NCBI GenBank assembly: GCA_050633305.1
Contig: JBOEGF010000040.1
Coordinates: 28,540-92,539, forward strand
Length of the DNA: 64,000 nt
Direction: 5' to 3'
Origin: Nannocystales bacterium
Lineage (GTDB): Bacteria > Myxococcota_A > Polyangia > Nannocystales > Nannocystaceae
Below are positions 29,343 through 37,801 of the stretch, in pieces (position 1 is the first letter of the stretch; each line of letters starts with the position of its first letter). A program made the position numbers and the translations under genes. Under the pieces are notes generated by a model that was not told the DNA's origin, did no database searches, and worked only from the letters and a program-made list of their open reading frames with translations.

Positions 29343-31703
29343 GTGGTCGCTCGACGCATCCGGGTACCCAAAGACAACGACTGTTTCTACCACGTGGTCG
29401 CCTACTTCTTGGGGCGCCACCACCAGTCGATGCTTGAGACGAGCGCGATCCGTAGGAGGCTCGCTGGACGCCTCGCAACCGACGTGGTGCACACGCCACA
29501 CGATGACCTCGACCACCTCAGCGGCACCTGGTTGTATGAAGAGGAGGACATCCGGGCCAACGTGGCATTGCTCGAAACCCCGGAAAGCGCGAAGCATCAG
29601 CGAGTCCTGAGGGAAGCCGCAGGCGCCCATCGCGACGTTCCGCACAATATCCTCGACTATGTCGTTTGGTCGCAGTTGACGGCGACCGAGGTCGAAGGTT
29701 TCGAGCACTGGTACCAGAAGCGCCGTGACATGCAGTGTTTGGGCCGAATGCTGCGCAAGTACACGATCTGGGGCGACGACCTGATGGCGGCACATTGCGT
29801 TCGAGAGGTCTACGCGCGGGAACTCGCGACCTACGTGACCACCGAAGCGGTCCGAGACACGCTGCGCGACGACGAGCTGGTCCAGGTGCGCAACGAGGTC
29901 TGCACAGGAGCGGCCTTCTCCCCGGGCACGGCCGTCATCAATCTGCTCCAAGTCAACGGCGAACCCCACTTCGACGCGGTGCTCTTCTACGACATCGAGG
30001 AACAGGCGGCGATCTTGCTCGCGTACGAGCAAGCCGAGGCGGAAGTCCAAGCGTCCGTCGACCGCTCGAACGTTGCGCCGTGTCCGTACCGACTGACCAA
30101 GGTCGCGATCCTTCACGGCGATGATGACTCGAGCAGTTTCGTCAAACACGTCAACCTTCCCCGAACAGGCAGCTGGGCGGGCTTCACGAAGGCGGACGAG
30201 CTCGACGAACTCTCGCCGCGGCTCCGTCTCGCCCTGACGTTCGAGGCCGAGTGCCCCAAGGACCGAAAGGTGTCCATCAAGCTGGTCCCCACGTTGGGTG
30301 GAACCCGGGACTACGATCCAGAGTTTCAGCGTCTCGGCTCGGGCCCCGAACGCGCGAAGAACGGCAACTACGGATGGGCGTGCCTGGACAACGGCCTGAT
30401 TGCACAGAGCAGCCGTGATGGTTTTCTCAACCCCGATGCCCGCGGTGGAACCGTCGACCCGACAACTCCGCTCGAGATCTGTGTCGACGGTGCCAAGACC
30501 GTCTTCGTCGAGGGCCTCTTCCTCCCCGCCTCGGGCGGCATCGAGTACCACGTCGAGGTCACGGACATCTTCGGGACCGTGAAACGCAGCGCCAATAGCG
30601 TGCGAACGACCCGGACCTTGTTCGTGCAATACCTGCTTGGTGAGGGCATGGACGACCGCAGGGATCTCCTGGAGCGGGTCTCGGCGGAGCTGCCCGAGCG
30701 ACTGGCCCCCCTGCACGTCAATCTCGTCGCCGTCCCGGGGGCGTTCGAGACGAGTGTGCCTGCCCAAGTCGAGGACGACGACGATCACCCCGATGGAGTC
30801 CTGGAGAGCCGACTGCGCGTCGCGGCCCAGAAGGCAGCCGACTACAGCCCCTACTTCTTCAACGTCGCGTGGATCGACGAGTTCGTTAAGGTCCGCCGCG
30901 TGCCGGTCGAGCACACGGTGTTCTTGGGCTCACTGCGGGCTGGACAGCGAACCACGTGGCCCGGCTGGGAACCCGACACTCGAGTGACGAGGCCGTACCG
31001 GCGGATCACGGTGCGCTGTCGCGGGATGTCGTTCTCGCCTAGGGACGCGGGCTACGAAGGCCGCACTTGGTTCTACCAACCTACCGACGTGGAGCTTCAA
31101 CGGCTCTGCGAGGGCTACGAAGACCAGCTCGCGGACATCGACACGCGGATCGACGCCGCCGAACGAGCCTGGATCGAGTGGATCGAGGCCCAGGAGGGTT
31201 TTCAGACCCAGCGTACGAGGGTTCGTGGGCAGCTCGACGCCGGGCACCTTGACTACACGGAAGAGGACCTGCTCGAGGAGTGGAAGAAGGAGAACCGAGA
31301 CATGTACAAACCGCCGCGCGTCGAGGGGAACGACCTGACCGTGACGAGGCCTCGCGCGCATCCAGGAGCAGCTCCCGGGCGTGGACCTCAGCGAAGAGGA
31401 CGACGTCATTGCGGCGGTGTCGAAGTTGGAAGTCGGGCCAAGGGGCGTCTTGCGTGCACTCTGCGAACAGGCTGCAGCGGAGAGCTGGCCCGAGCACTGG
31501 GAGTGGGACGTCGTCGACGCCCCGGAGCAGATCCTTGCGGCACTGGGATCCTAAAGAGACATCGGGCTTCAAGGTCCTCAGCCACAACGCGTCCGGCTTG
31601 CCGGGCGGGTCCGGGCGCGAAGTCGAGCTTCGGCCCGCGTGCCATCGCGCGAGCAGGTGAGAGTGACGGTCCGCGGTCCCGGCTGCACTACCGCAACCGA
31701 TGA
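29343..31703 (+). CDS. Large protein with N-terminal OTU-like cysteine protease domain; 3' end probably frameshifted
   Basis: VPKDNDCFYHVVA (D-x-x-C), IWGDDL, PHFDAV. After about 31345 the frame becomes Arg/Gly-rich and non-protein-like. Confidence 0.7.
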   Translation: MVARRIRVPKDNDCFYHVVAYFLGRHHQSMLETSAIRRRLAGRLATDVVHTPHDDLDHLSGTWLYEEEDIRANVALLETPESAKHQRVLREAAGAHRDVPHNILDYVVWSQLTATEVEGFEHWYQKRRDMQCLGRMLRKYTIWGDDLMAAHCVREVYARELATYVTTEAVRDTLRDDELVQVRNEVCTGAAFSPGTAVINLLQVNGEPHFDAVLFYDIEEQAAILLAYEQAEAEVQASVDRSNVAPCPYRLTKVAILHGDDDSSSFVKHVNLPRTGSWAGFTKADELDELSPRLRLALTFEAECPKDRKVSIKLVPTLGGTRDYDPEFQRLGSGPERAKNGNYGWACLDNGLIAQSSRDGFLNPDARGGTVDPTTPLEICVDGAKTVFVEGLFLPASGGIEYHVEVTDIFGTVKRSANSVRTTRTLFVQYLLGEGMDDRRDLLERVSAELPERLAPLHVNLVAVPGAFETSVPAQVEDDDDHPDGVLESRLRVAAQKAADYSPYFFNVAWIDEFVKVRRVPVEHTVFLGSLRAGQRTTWPGWEPDTRVTRPYRRITVRCRGMSFSPRDAGYEGRTWFYQPTDVELQRLCEGYEDQLADIDTRIDAAERAWIEWIEAQEGFQTQRTRVRGQLDAGHLDYTEEDLLEEWKKENRDMYKPPRVEGNDLTVTRPRAHPGAAPGRGPQRRGRRHCGGVEVGSRAKGRLACTLRTGCSGELARALGVGRRRRPGADPCGTGILKRHRASRSSATTRPACRAGPGAKSSFGPRAIARAGESDGPRSRLHYRNR

Positions 31704-32299
31704 AACACGTCGCTTGCATCCTGGTGTTCGCTCTTGCTGCCGGTTGCGGCCATGGCGTGACCGCCGACCCAGCCGTCATCAACTTTTCGTCCGAAGGAGG
31801 GGCGCGCCCTCTGGAAGAGACGCTCGATCGGGCGCAGGGCAACTGTCTGCAGAATCAGAAGACGGCGACCTGGTTCCTGGCGCTCAGCGGAAGCCTGGGC
31901 GTGGCGGCGGGGTCTACGGGGATTTCGACGCTCGCTTTCGAGAGTACGCGGAGCAAGCAGGGGGCTGCGATCGCGTCGGTGACCTCGGGTGTGCTTGCGG
32001 CCGGCTTCGCGGCGGGGGCAGCCGGGATGCAGACTCGATACAACGAGAAACACTGCCCAGAGATCATGGGCTATTCCCACGGTGTTCTACGCCAGAAGGT
32101 TCATGACAAGTTCGGAGAGGAGGCGACGAAACACGTGGACGTACTTCCCATCGAGTCACTCGACATGACCGACGACGAGGCTCCCAACGACGAGGAGTCG
32201 AACGACGATGAGCAGCCGGTGGAGGGGGGTGGTGGCGGGTCCGAAGAGGACGACGGGCCTGAGCCACCGATCGTTTCACTCGTCGGACTCCGGCGCTGA
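31700..32299 (+). CDS. Lipoprotein with two hydrophobic segments and acidic tail
   Basis: MKHVACILVFALAAGC lipobox. Confidence 0.75.
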   Translation: MKHVACILVFALAAGCGHGVTADPAVINFSSEGGARPLEETLDRAQGNCLQNQKTATWFLALSGSLGVAAGSTGISTLAFESTRSKQGAAIASVTSGVLAAGFAAGAAGMQTRYNEKHCPEIMGYSHGVLRQKVHDKFGEEATKHVDVLPIESLDMTDDEAPNDEESNDDEQPVEGGGGGSEEDDGPEPPIVSLVGLRR

Positions 32300-32329
32300 C
32301 GAGAGTCGCCCGCCACAACCCCGCAATGC

Positions 32330-32480
32330 CGTTTTATGACTTGACGATCGGGGACACCCGTGCGCTCGCGAAATGCACGTAGCACTGCGGCGTGCTGTGG
32401 ACTCAGCTCCTCATCGGCCGTCTGTTGGCGCGCAGTACGGTCGACGTGGATGACCGGATGGATCCGGTTCCGCACATTCC
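32330..32480 (-). pseudogene. Carbamoyltransferase (CmcH/NodU) C-terminal fragment
   Basis: IHPVIHVDRTARQQTADEELSPQHAAVLRAFRERTGVP matches the HVDGTARxQTV...F...TGVP motif. Confidence 0.7.
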
Positions 32481-32729
32481 CGGCCCGCGGGGGCAGCCAA
32501 GATCGAACGATGCCGAGCGCACAGGTTCAAACTCCGCTCGTCCCTGCGCGCATCCGACGGGTTTGCCGTCCGGGAGCAGTTCTGCAACGTGCGGGATCGC
32601 GCGACGGTGCTGGCCGTGGCTGGCTGGCTGTCATGTCTGAGCGCCGTACGTCCCGCGCGGCGCCCTGGAGAGTGACGCTCTCCCCCTCCCGCGCAAGCAT
32701 TGGCCCTCGTTTCGTATGGCTCTTCGCGG

Positions 32730-32830
32730 TACGCCGCGGAACAAGTTCCGGGGTCGAACAGACGCTCGCAGCGCTCCAAGCCCGTAGACTTCCGCTCGCC
32801 GTCGCGACCGGCAAGCCGATTGAGAGTTAA
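32730..32830 (+). pseudogene. HAD-family hydrolase fragment
   Basis: SGVEQTLAALQARRLPLAVATGKP resembles HAD motif II. Confidence 0.5.
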
Positions 32831-32839
32831 GGGCGACGA

Positions 32840-33397
32840 TCAGAAGTCGAAGTAGATGAACGAGGGCGGCAGGCAAAGGTCGTCGTCGTCGTTCGGGACT
32901 CCGTTGCGGCCGGCGGAGCAGACCGAGAACGTCTCCCCTTCGACCGCGTACGTGAACCGCCGACCCCATCCGTCGGTCAGCTCTTCGGCGTCCGCGACTT
33001 CGCGGAGTGCGCTGGGGAGTCGACCCCGAGTCTCGCGGTGGGCTTCGACGGCGGCCGCGTGGGCTTCGAGACGCTCGATCGTGTCGTCGGCCTTAGCCAA
33101 GAAGGCCGTCCCGTCGGACCCTAGGCAGGCGCGTGTCAACGTACCGTCGGCATCGTCCGGCTCGGAGAGTTTCAACCCGCAGCGTGCGAAGTCGTCGGCG
33201 ACCCGGGGGGGCAGGGCAGCAAACTCGCGCTCGCACTCCATCGGCGGCAGGGCGTCTGCGTCGATTGTTCGGAGGTGTTGGCATGCTCGTTTCCACAGCT
33301 GCGAACCGGACTGCGTCGAGGTGCAGCCCGCCAGACTCACGGCGAGAGCATGGATTGCGATGTTCCGTCTGAGCATCGTCTGTGAAGCGTATTCCAT
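32840..33397 (-). CDS. Lipoprotein with GspG-type (T2SS pseudopilin) C-terminal domain
   Basis: SLAGC lipobox; GRLPSAL...DGWGRRFTY...SAGRNGVPNDDDDL. Confidence 0.8.
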   Translation of the reverse strand: MEYASQTMLRRNIAIHALAVSLAGCTSTQSGSQLWKRACQHLRTIDADALPPMECEREFAALPPRVADDFARCGLKLSEPDDADGTLTRACLGSDGTAFLAKADDTIERLEAHAAAVEAHRETRGRLPSALREVADAEELTDGWGRRFTYAVEGETFSVCSAGRNGVPNDDDDLCLPPSFIYFDF

Positions 33398-33403
33398 GAC
33401 CGT

Positions 33404-34432
33404 CTAGAACGGGGTGTCGTCGTCCTCGAAGGAGGGCCGTTCTTCGGTCTCGTCGGGAACGGAGGCCTCTGGCTCATCACTGGCGAAGTCGCGACCCTCG
33501 AGTGTCCGCGTGCGCTCGAGGACCGCGTCTTCGGTGGGAGCCCCGTCGACGACGAACGGGAGCCAGTCGTTCGTGACCCACTTGAAGGGCGCACCGAACT
33601 CGGACCGTGCGCCAAGGCTGACGTCCGAATCGCCCGGCCACCCCGCGTACTGGGTCAGATGCAGGAGCAGCCGCGGTAGCGCCTGCCAATCGCCGGGGTT
33701 GTCGTCTTGCCCCTTGTAGTAACGAAGCGCGCCTCCAAGGCAGCAGACCGCATCCGTCGGACGATGTGCGGTGCCGTTGACGCCCCATCCCGCCACGGCG
33801 AACGCGGCCTCGCGGTGTTCCCCTTCAATGTAGGCACCATTCCAGGTGAACTCCGGCGGATAGGTGAAACTGAGCTCGCCCGGCACGAGCTCCGCCGAGC
33901 CCACACCGGCCCAGAGTGCGCCGGCCTCGACCGGGCGAAGGCCGTCGACCTGCGGGAAGTAGCGAAGTGCGACCTGCGGTTCCTCGCGGTGGCAATCCTC
34001 GCGGATCCGAGTGCCTTCGAAGAAGCTCAAGATCCCGGTGCGCGGTAGTGGTAGGCCGTGAATCATCGGCAGTGCGTCGAGCCGGAGCTGCGCGACGAAT
34101 GGCAGCCGAATCCCCGGAGCGTCACCGCGCCACAGCGGCCACGCGTCCGGGCCGGGCAGGACCGGGTCGCCTCCGATTCGGGAGCCGAGGGGATCAGCGT
34201 CCCCCGGAAGAGGCGTGAGCGGAAGCGTTGCGAAGGGCAGGCCGCTCTCGAAGCCGCGCCGGATGAAGTGCGCTGCAAACCGGTGTTCCCCTGGCAGGAA
34301 TCGAGCGTCGTCGCGAAGGCGGTCGAGCGTGGCGCGCACGCGAGCGCAGTGCTCCTCCTGCGCGCGCGCCTTTTCTTGCGCATCGGCGATGTCCACGACG
34401 TCGAGGACGAGCACCGCGCTCCTCGGTTGCAA
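33404..34432 (-). CDS. DUF1963/YwqG-family protein
   Basis: GSRIGGDPVLP...WP...LPFVAQLRLDALP...LPRTGILSFF. Confidence 0.8.
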   Translation of the reverse strand: MQPRSAVLVLDVVDIADAQEKARAQEEHCARVRATLDRLRDDARFLPGEHRFAAHFIRRGFESGLPFATLPLTPLPGDADPLGSRIGGDPVLPGPDAWPLWRGDAPGIRLPFVAQLRLDALPMIHGLPLPRTGILSFFEGTRIREDCHREEPQVALRYFPQVDGLRPVEAGALWAGVGSAELVPGELSFTYPPEFTWNGAYIEGEHREAAFAVAGWGVNGTAHRPTDAVCCLGGALRYYKGQDDNPGDWQALPRLLLHLTQYAGWPGDSDVSLGARSEFGAPFKWVTNDWLPFVVDGAPTEDAVLERTRTLEGRDFASDEPEASVPDETEERPSFEDDDTPF

Positions 34433-35216
34433 GCATCGACGCCCTCGCTGGGAGGAATGACGGGTCCCGCGAATCGGCCTCGCGGATCCACGCGAACTCA
34501 GCGTCGGAGTTTCGCGTATCGCGACAACGTCTCACCCCTGCGACAGAAGGTCGCGGCCCGCAGCGAGCTCAGGCTCCGCGAGAACCTGCTGTTCTTGTGT
34601 CTGGGGCGCCTGAAGGCGGTGGGCTCACACTGCTGAGCTACGTCGGCGGTCTCCTGTTGGATCGCACTACATTGAAGCGCAACACCGCTCAAGGTCCGGG
34701 GCGAGGGCATGGCGCACGTCACGAACTCGACGTTCAGCAAGAACTCGGCCCCCATGCGGTGAACGGCGACGGCAACGGTGGCGCGGTGTCGGTGACCCAC
34801 AAAGGCGAGGCGGTTCAAGAGCACGCGACTTTGTGGGGGGATCTGGCCGATATTGCAGGCGGGACCGCAACGGAGATGACCACGCACCTCACGTTGCACA
34901 GCAGTCATGTCGCCAACTCAGGTTCCCAGGACTGCGAGATCAATGGCGCGGGCCTATAGGGGCACCGGCGTTTTCGGGTTCTCAGCTCGGGGGTTCGACT
35001 TGGAAAACCCGTGATCGATTCGTGCTCTGCCTCGTCTACTGCAGCACCGACCCACGATTGGCCGATTCGCAACGAGAAGCAGAGCCCCACAATGCCCTCT
35101 CGACTACCGATACTACTTCTGTGCGCAGGTCTGTGCGTGATCGCCAGCGCCTGCTCATCGGACAGTGTCGAGGAAACCGACCCCCGCTCTTGCCCGATGA
35201 GCCAGTCCGGCGCGCC

Positions 35217-35747
35217 CTACAGCCGAAGGGTGGCGTCGAGCGCTAGGGTGATCTCGGTTCCGCGTCCAACTGCGACGTAGCTGCTTCCTGACTTGGCGAC
35301 GGGACGCTGCTCGATGAATTCCGCCTTGATCATTTTGCCGAGACACAGCGACAACCCCCGATTGGTCACTGGCTGGAGCAGCGTCCCGAGCCGCGTGAAC
35401 GTGCAAGGATCCCGGACCAATCGAAGCACCGGCAGCGTCCACGCTCGCCGGGCGGTTCTCCACTCGTCTTCGGACACCCCATCGAGGAAGCTGCGAGCCC
35501 AAGTTGCCACCGCTCGTCCACGACGTGTCAGCTGAAATTCGGGGCGCAATGGGTGGCCGTGCCCGGTGGTGCGCTTGAGCATCCCGACGTCTACAAGGTG
35601 ACTGAAGGTCTGACCGACGATGTTCCTACCGGCGCCTACCGCGTGGGCCGTGGGGGACACGCGACAGCCGTCGCCCTCTGACAAGTGCGCCAAAACCGGC
35701 AGACTCCAGGCGCGCGAGGAGAGGTTCGAGAAGTCGAAGTTGTTCAT
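35217..35747 (-). CDS. HxlR-like winged-helix regulator with duplicated wHTH
   Basis: RAWSLPVLAHL...GHGHPLRPEFQLTRRG and a second RAWTLPVLRLV...NRGLSLCL...YVAVGRG. Confidence 0.85.
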   Translation of the reverse strand: MNNFDFSNLSSRAWSLPVLAHLSEGDGCRVSPTAHAVGAGRNIVGQTFSHLVDVGMLKRTTGHGHPLRPEFQLTRRGRAVATWARSFLDGVSEDEWRTARRAWTLPVLRLVRDPCTFTRLGTLLQPVTNRGLSLCLGKMIKAEFIEQRPVAKSGSSYVAVGRGTEITLALDATLRL

Positions 35748-35775
35748 TTTTTATATCTGTGATAGTGAGTCTCGC

Positions 35776-36156
35776 ATGCCAAGCGTCAAGCCGACGTCAG
35801 ACATTACCATCGCGTTCTCAGTCAGTGACCGGCGCAAATCGGTCGATTGGTACTCGAAGCACTTTGGCTTCGACGTCTCGGCGACATTCGACGAAATGGG
35901 CTGGACCGAGCTTAGGACTGCGACGCCCGGGGTCATTCTCGGGCTGGGCGACATGGAGAAACCGAAGCCAGGCAACTGCGTCCCGGTATTCGGCGTGCAA
36001 GATCTCGACGCATCGCGGGCCATCCTGGAGGCCGAAGACGTACGCTTTGATGGGGACACGGTCACGGTGCCCGGCATGACCAAGATCGCCACACTGTACG
36101 ACCCCGATGGTAACGCCCTCATGATTTCCGAAGATCTGACCGGAGGTGCGTCATGA
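35776..36156 (+). CDS. VOC/glyoxalase family protein
   Basis: SVSDRRKSVDWYSKHFGF, VFGVQDLD, LYDPDGN. Confidence 0.92.
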   Translation: MPSVKPTSDITIAFSVSDRRKSVDWYSKHFGFDVSATFDEMGWTELRTATPGVILGLGDMEKPKPGNCVPVFGVQDLDASRAILEAEDVRFDGDTVTVPGMTKIATLYDPDGNALMISEDLTGGAS

Positions 36157-36659
36157 GGCGCCTGCGTATCATCGGCATCGGTATCGGAGTCTTCGCAGGA
36201 GCGTGCGTGCTCGGCTGCGCGACCAGACCGAAGGCAACGCCCCCGACCCCGAGCGACACAGCGCCCACGGCTTCAGCCGGAGCGTCCACGGAGTCAACAC
36301 AGCCCGGTCATGAAGTGACCATCGGTGTGCCCGTTCCGGATCTTGATGCTGCGGTCGCGTGGTATTCGAAGTTACTCGGGCGGGAGCTTGAGTCGATAGA
36401 ACCAATGGAGGGGATCGTCGAACTTCGGGTCGCCTCTGGAACGTGGCTGCAGCTCTTTTCGGTCGAGGCCGAGGGGTTTCGCCCGACCACGACGATCCTT
36501 CGTTTCAAGACACCCAACATCGGCGACGAGGCAGCACGCCTCGACGCGGCGGGAATCCAAGTGGGGGAGGTCACGAGAATCCCCGAAGTTGTCGCGTTCG
36601 CGGAGTTCGTTGATCCATACGGCAACCCCGTCAGCCTGTACGAAGTCAGCGGCGAATGA
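36153..36659 (+). CDS. VOC/glyoxalase family lipoprotein
   Basis: VLGC lipobox; VPDLDAAVAWYSKLLG, FVDPYGN; ATGA overlap with the previous gene. Confidence 0.88.
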   Translation: MRRLRIIGIGIGVFAGACVLGCATRPKATPPTPSDTAPTASAGASTESTQPGHEVTIGVPVPDLDAAVAWYSKLLGRELESIEPMEGIVELRVASGTWLQLFSVEAEGFRPTTTILRFKTPNIGDEAARLDAAGIQVGEVTRIPEVVAFAEFVDPYGNPVSLYEVSGE

Positions 36660-36875
36660 GCCGCAGTCTTCCTTCGACTCGAAGACGGTGCGTGCAGCGA
36701 ACCGCCGACGGACAAGTCCGCGTGCGCGCTACGCCGGCCGGATGCGCTCTTTCGGCGATCGCTCCGGTCACCGCGTTTCGGCGAAATGAAGGGGGAAAAG
36801 CCGGCTTCGGGAGAATCGCGCCCTGACAACCGCGGGTGCGGCGCTCGCTTCGGCCTCGCCTGGTAGCATCCCTCC

Positions 36876-37478
36876 GTGCCGACGGACACCGAGCTGCTTC
36901 ACGCCTGGCGTGGTGGCGACCGTGCTGCGGCCGACGAGCTCCTGAATCGACATCTCCCGGATCTGGTCCGATTCTTCCGCTCCAAACTTCGGGACGACGC
37001 CGAGGACTGTGTGCACGAGACGTTGGTGCGGGTGTTGAACCGCGGCCCCTCGCTGCGCGAGGGTTCGAGCTTCCGCGCGTACATGTTCGCCGTGGGCCGC
37101 AACCTGCTCTTCGAGCGCTTCCGCAAGCAGTCTCGCTTTGAGGGCCCGCTCTCCACGTCGCTCCACGATCTGGGGGCATCGCCGTCAAACCTGGTCGCGG
37201 AGCATCAGGAACAGCAACTGCTGCTCCAAGGGCTCCGGCGAGTGCCCCTGGACTCTCAGATCCTGCTGGAGCTGTTCTACTGGGAGAACCTCTCGGTAGC
37301 CGAGCTCGCTGACGTGTTCGAGGTTCCTCCTGGAACAGTGAAGAGCCGTCTACACCGAAGCCGTGGTCAACTTCGCGAAGCGTTGGCCGCGCTCGAGTCC
37401 CAGGGACAGTCGCTGGGGACCACCCTGACCAGTCTCGAGGACTGGGCTCGATCGATTCGGCGCCTGTCCTGGACCTGA
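36876..37478 (+). CDS. ECF RNA polymerase sigma factor
   Basis: DTELLHAWRGGD..AADEL, DAEDCVHET, SSFRAYMF, ELADVFEVPPGTVKSRLHR. Confidence 0.95.
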   Translation: MPTDTELLHAWRGGDRAAADELLNRHLPDLVRFFRSKLRDDAEDCVHETLVRVLNRGPSLREGSSFRAYMFAVGRNLLFERFRKQSRFEGPLSTSLHDLGASPSNLVAEHQEQQLLLQGLRRVPLDSQILLELFYWENLSVAELADVFEVPPGTVKSRLHRSRGQLREALAALESQGQSLGTTLTSLEDWARSIRRLSWT

Positions 37479-37801
37479 CCGTGGATTTCTGAAGTTCTCC
37501 GCGAACCGATCGCGGTGAAGCAACTTGTCTATGGGGCAAGGCGGCTGCGCGGGCCCCGGGGGACCCGGCGGGTCGGCCTTCACGCCGAAGGACCCCATGC
37601 TCATCGTCAACAACGGTCTTCGCTCAGCTGGATCTGCTCCTCCCCGTTGCAGCTGGGTTGCTCGCCCCCGACTCTGCGCGAATCCCCGCCGTGCTGGGGA
37701 CGTTCGTGCTCCCTTCATCGCTCGAAGGGGTCTGGGGTCGCGCCGATCTCGTGACTCAGACGGCGCCGCAAATGCTCCGACCTGTGCTCTAACGGTGCCC
37801 C

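Noticed and set aside
28926..30914. 662-aa minus-strand ORF, and similar long antisense ORFs (41794-43986, 58174-59865, 4321-5256)
   Set aside because: Shadow frames of motif-bearing genes on the opposite strand, expected in high-GC DNA.
34597..34959. 120-aa ORF resembling a polymorphic-membrane repeat fragment
   Set aside because: Similarity too weak and no clear start; probably debris.
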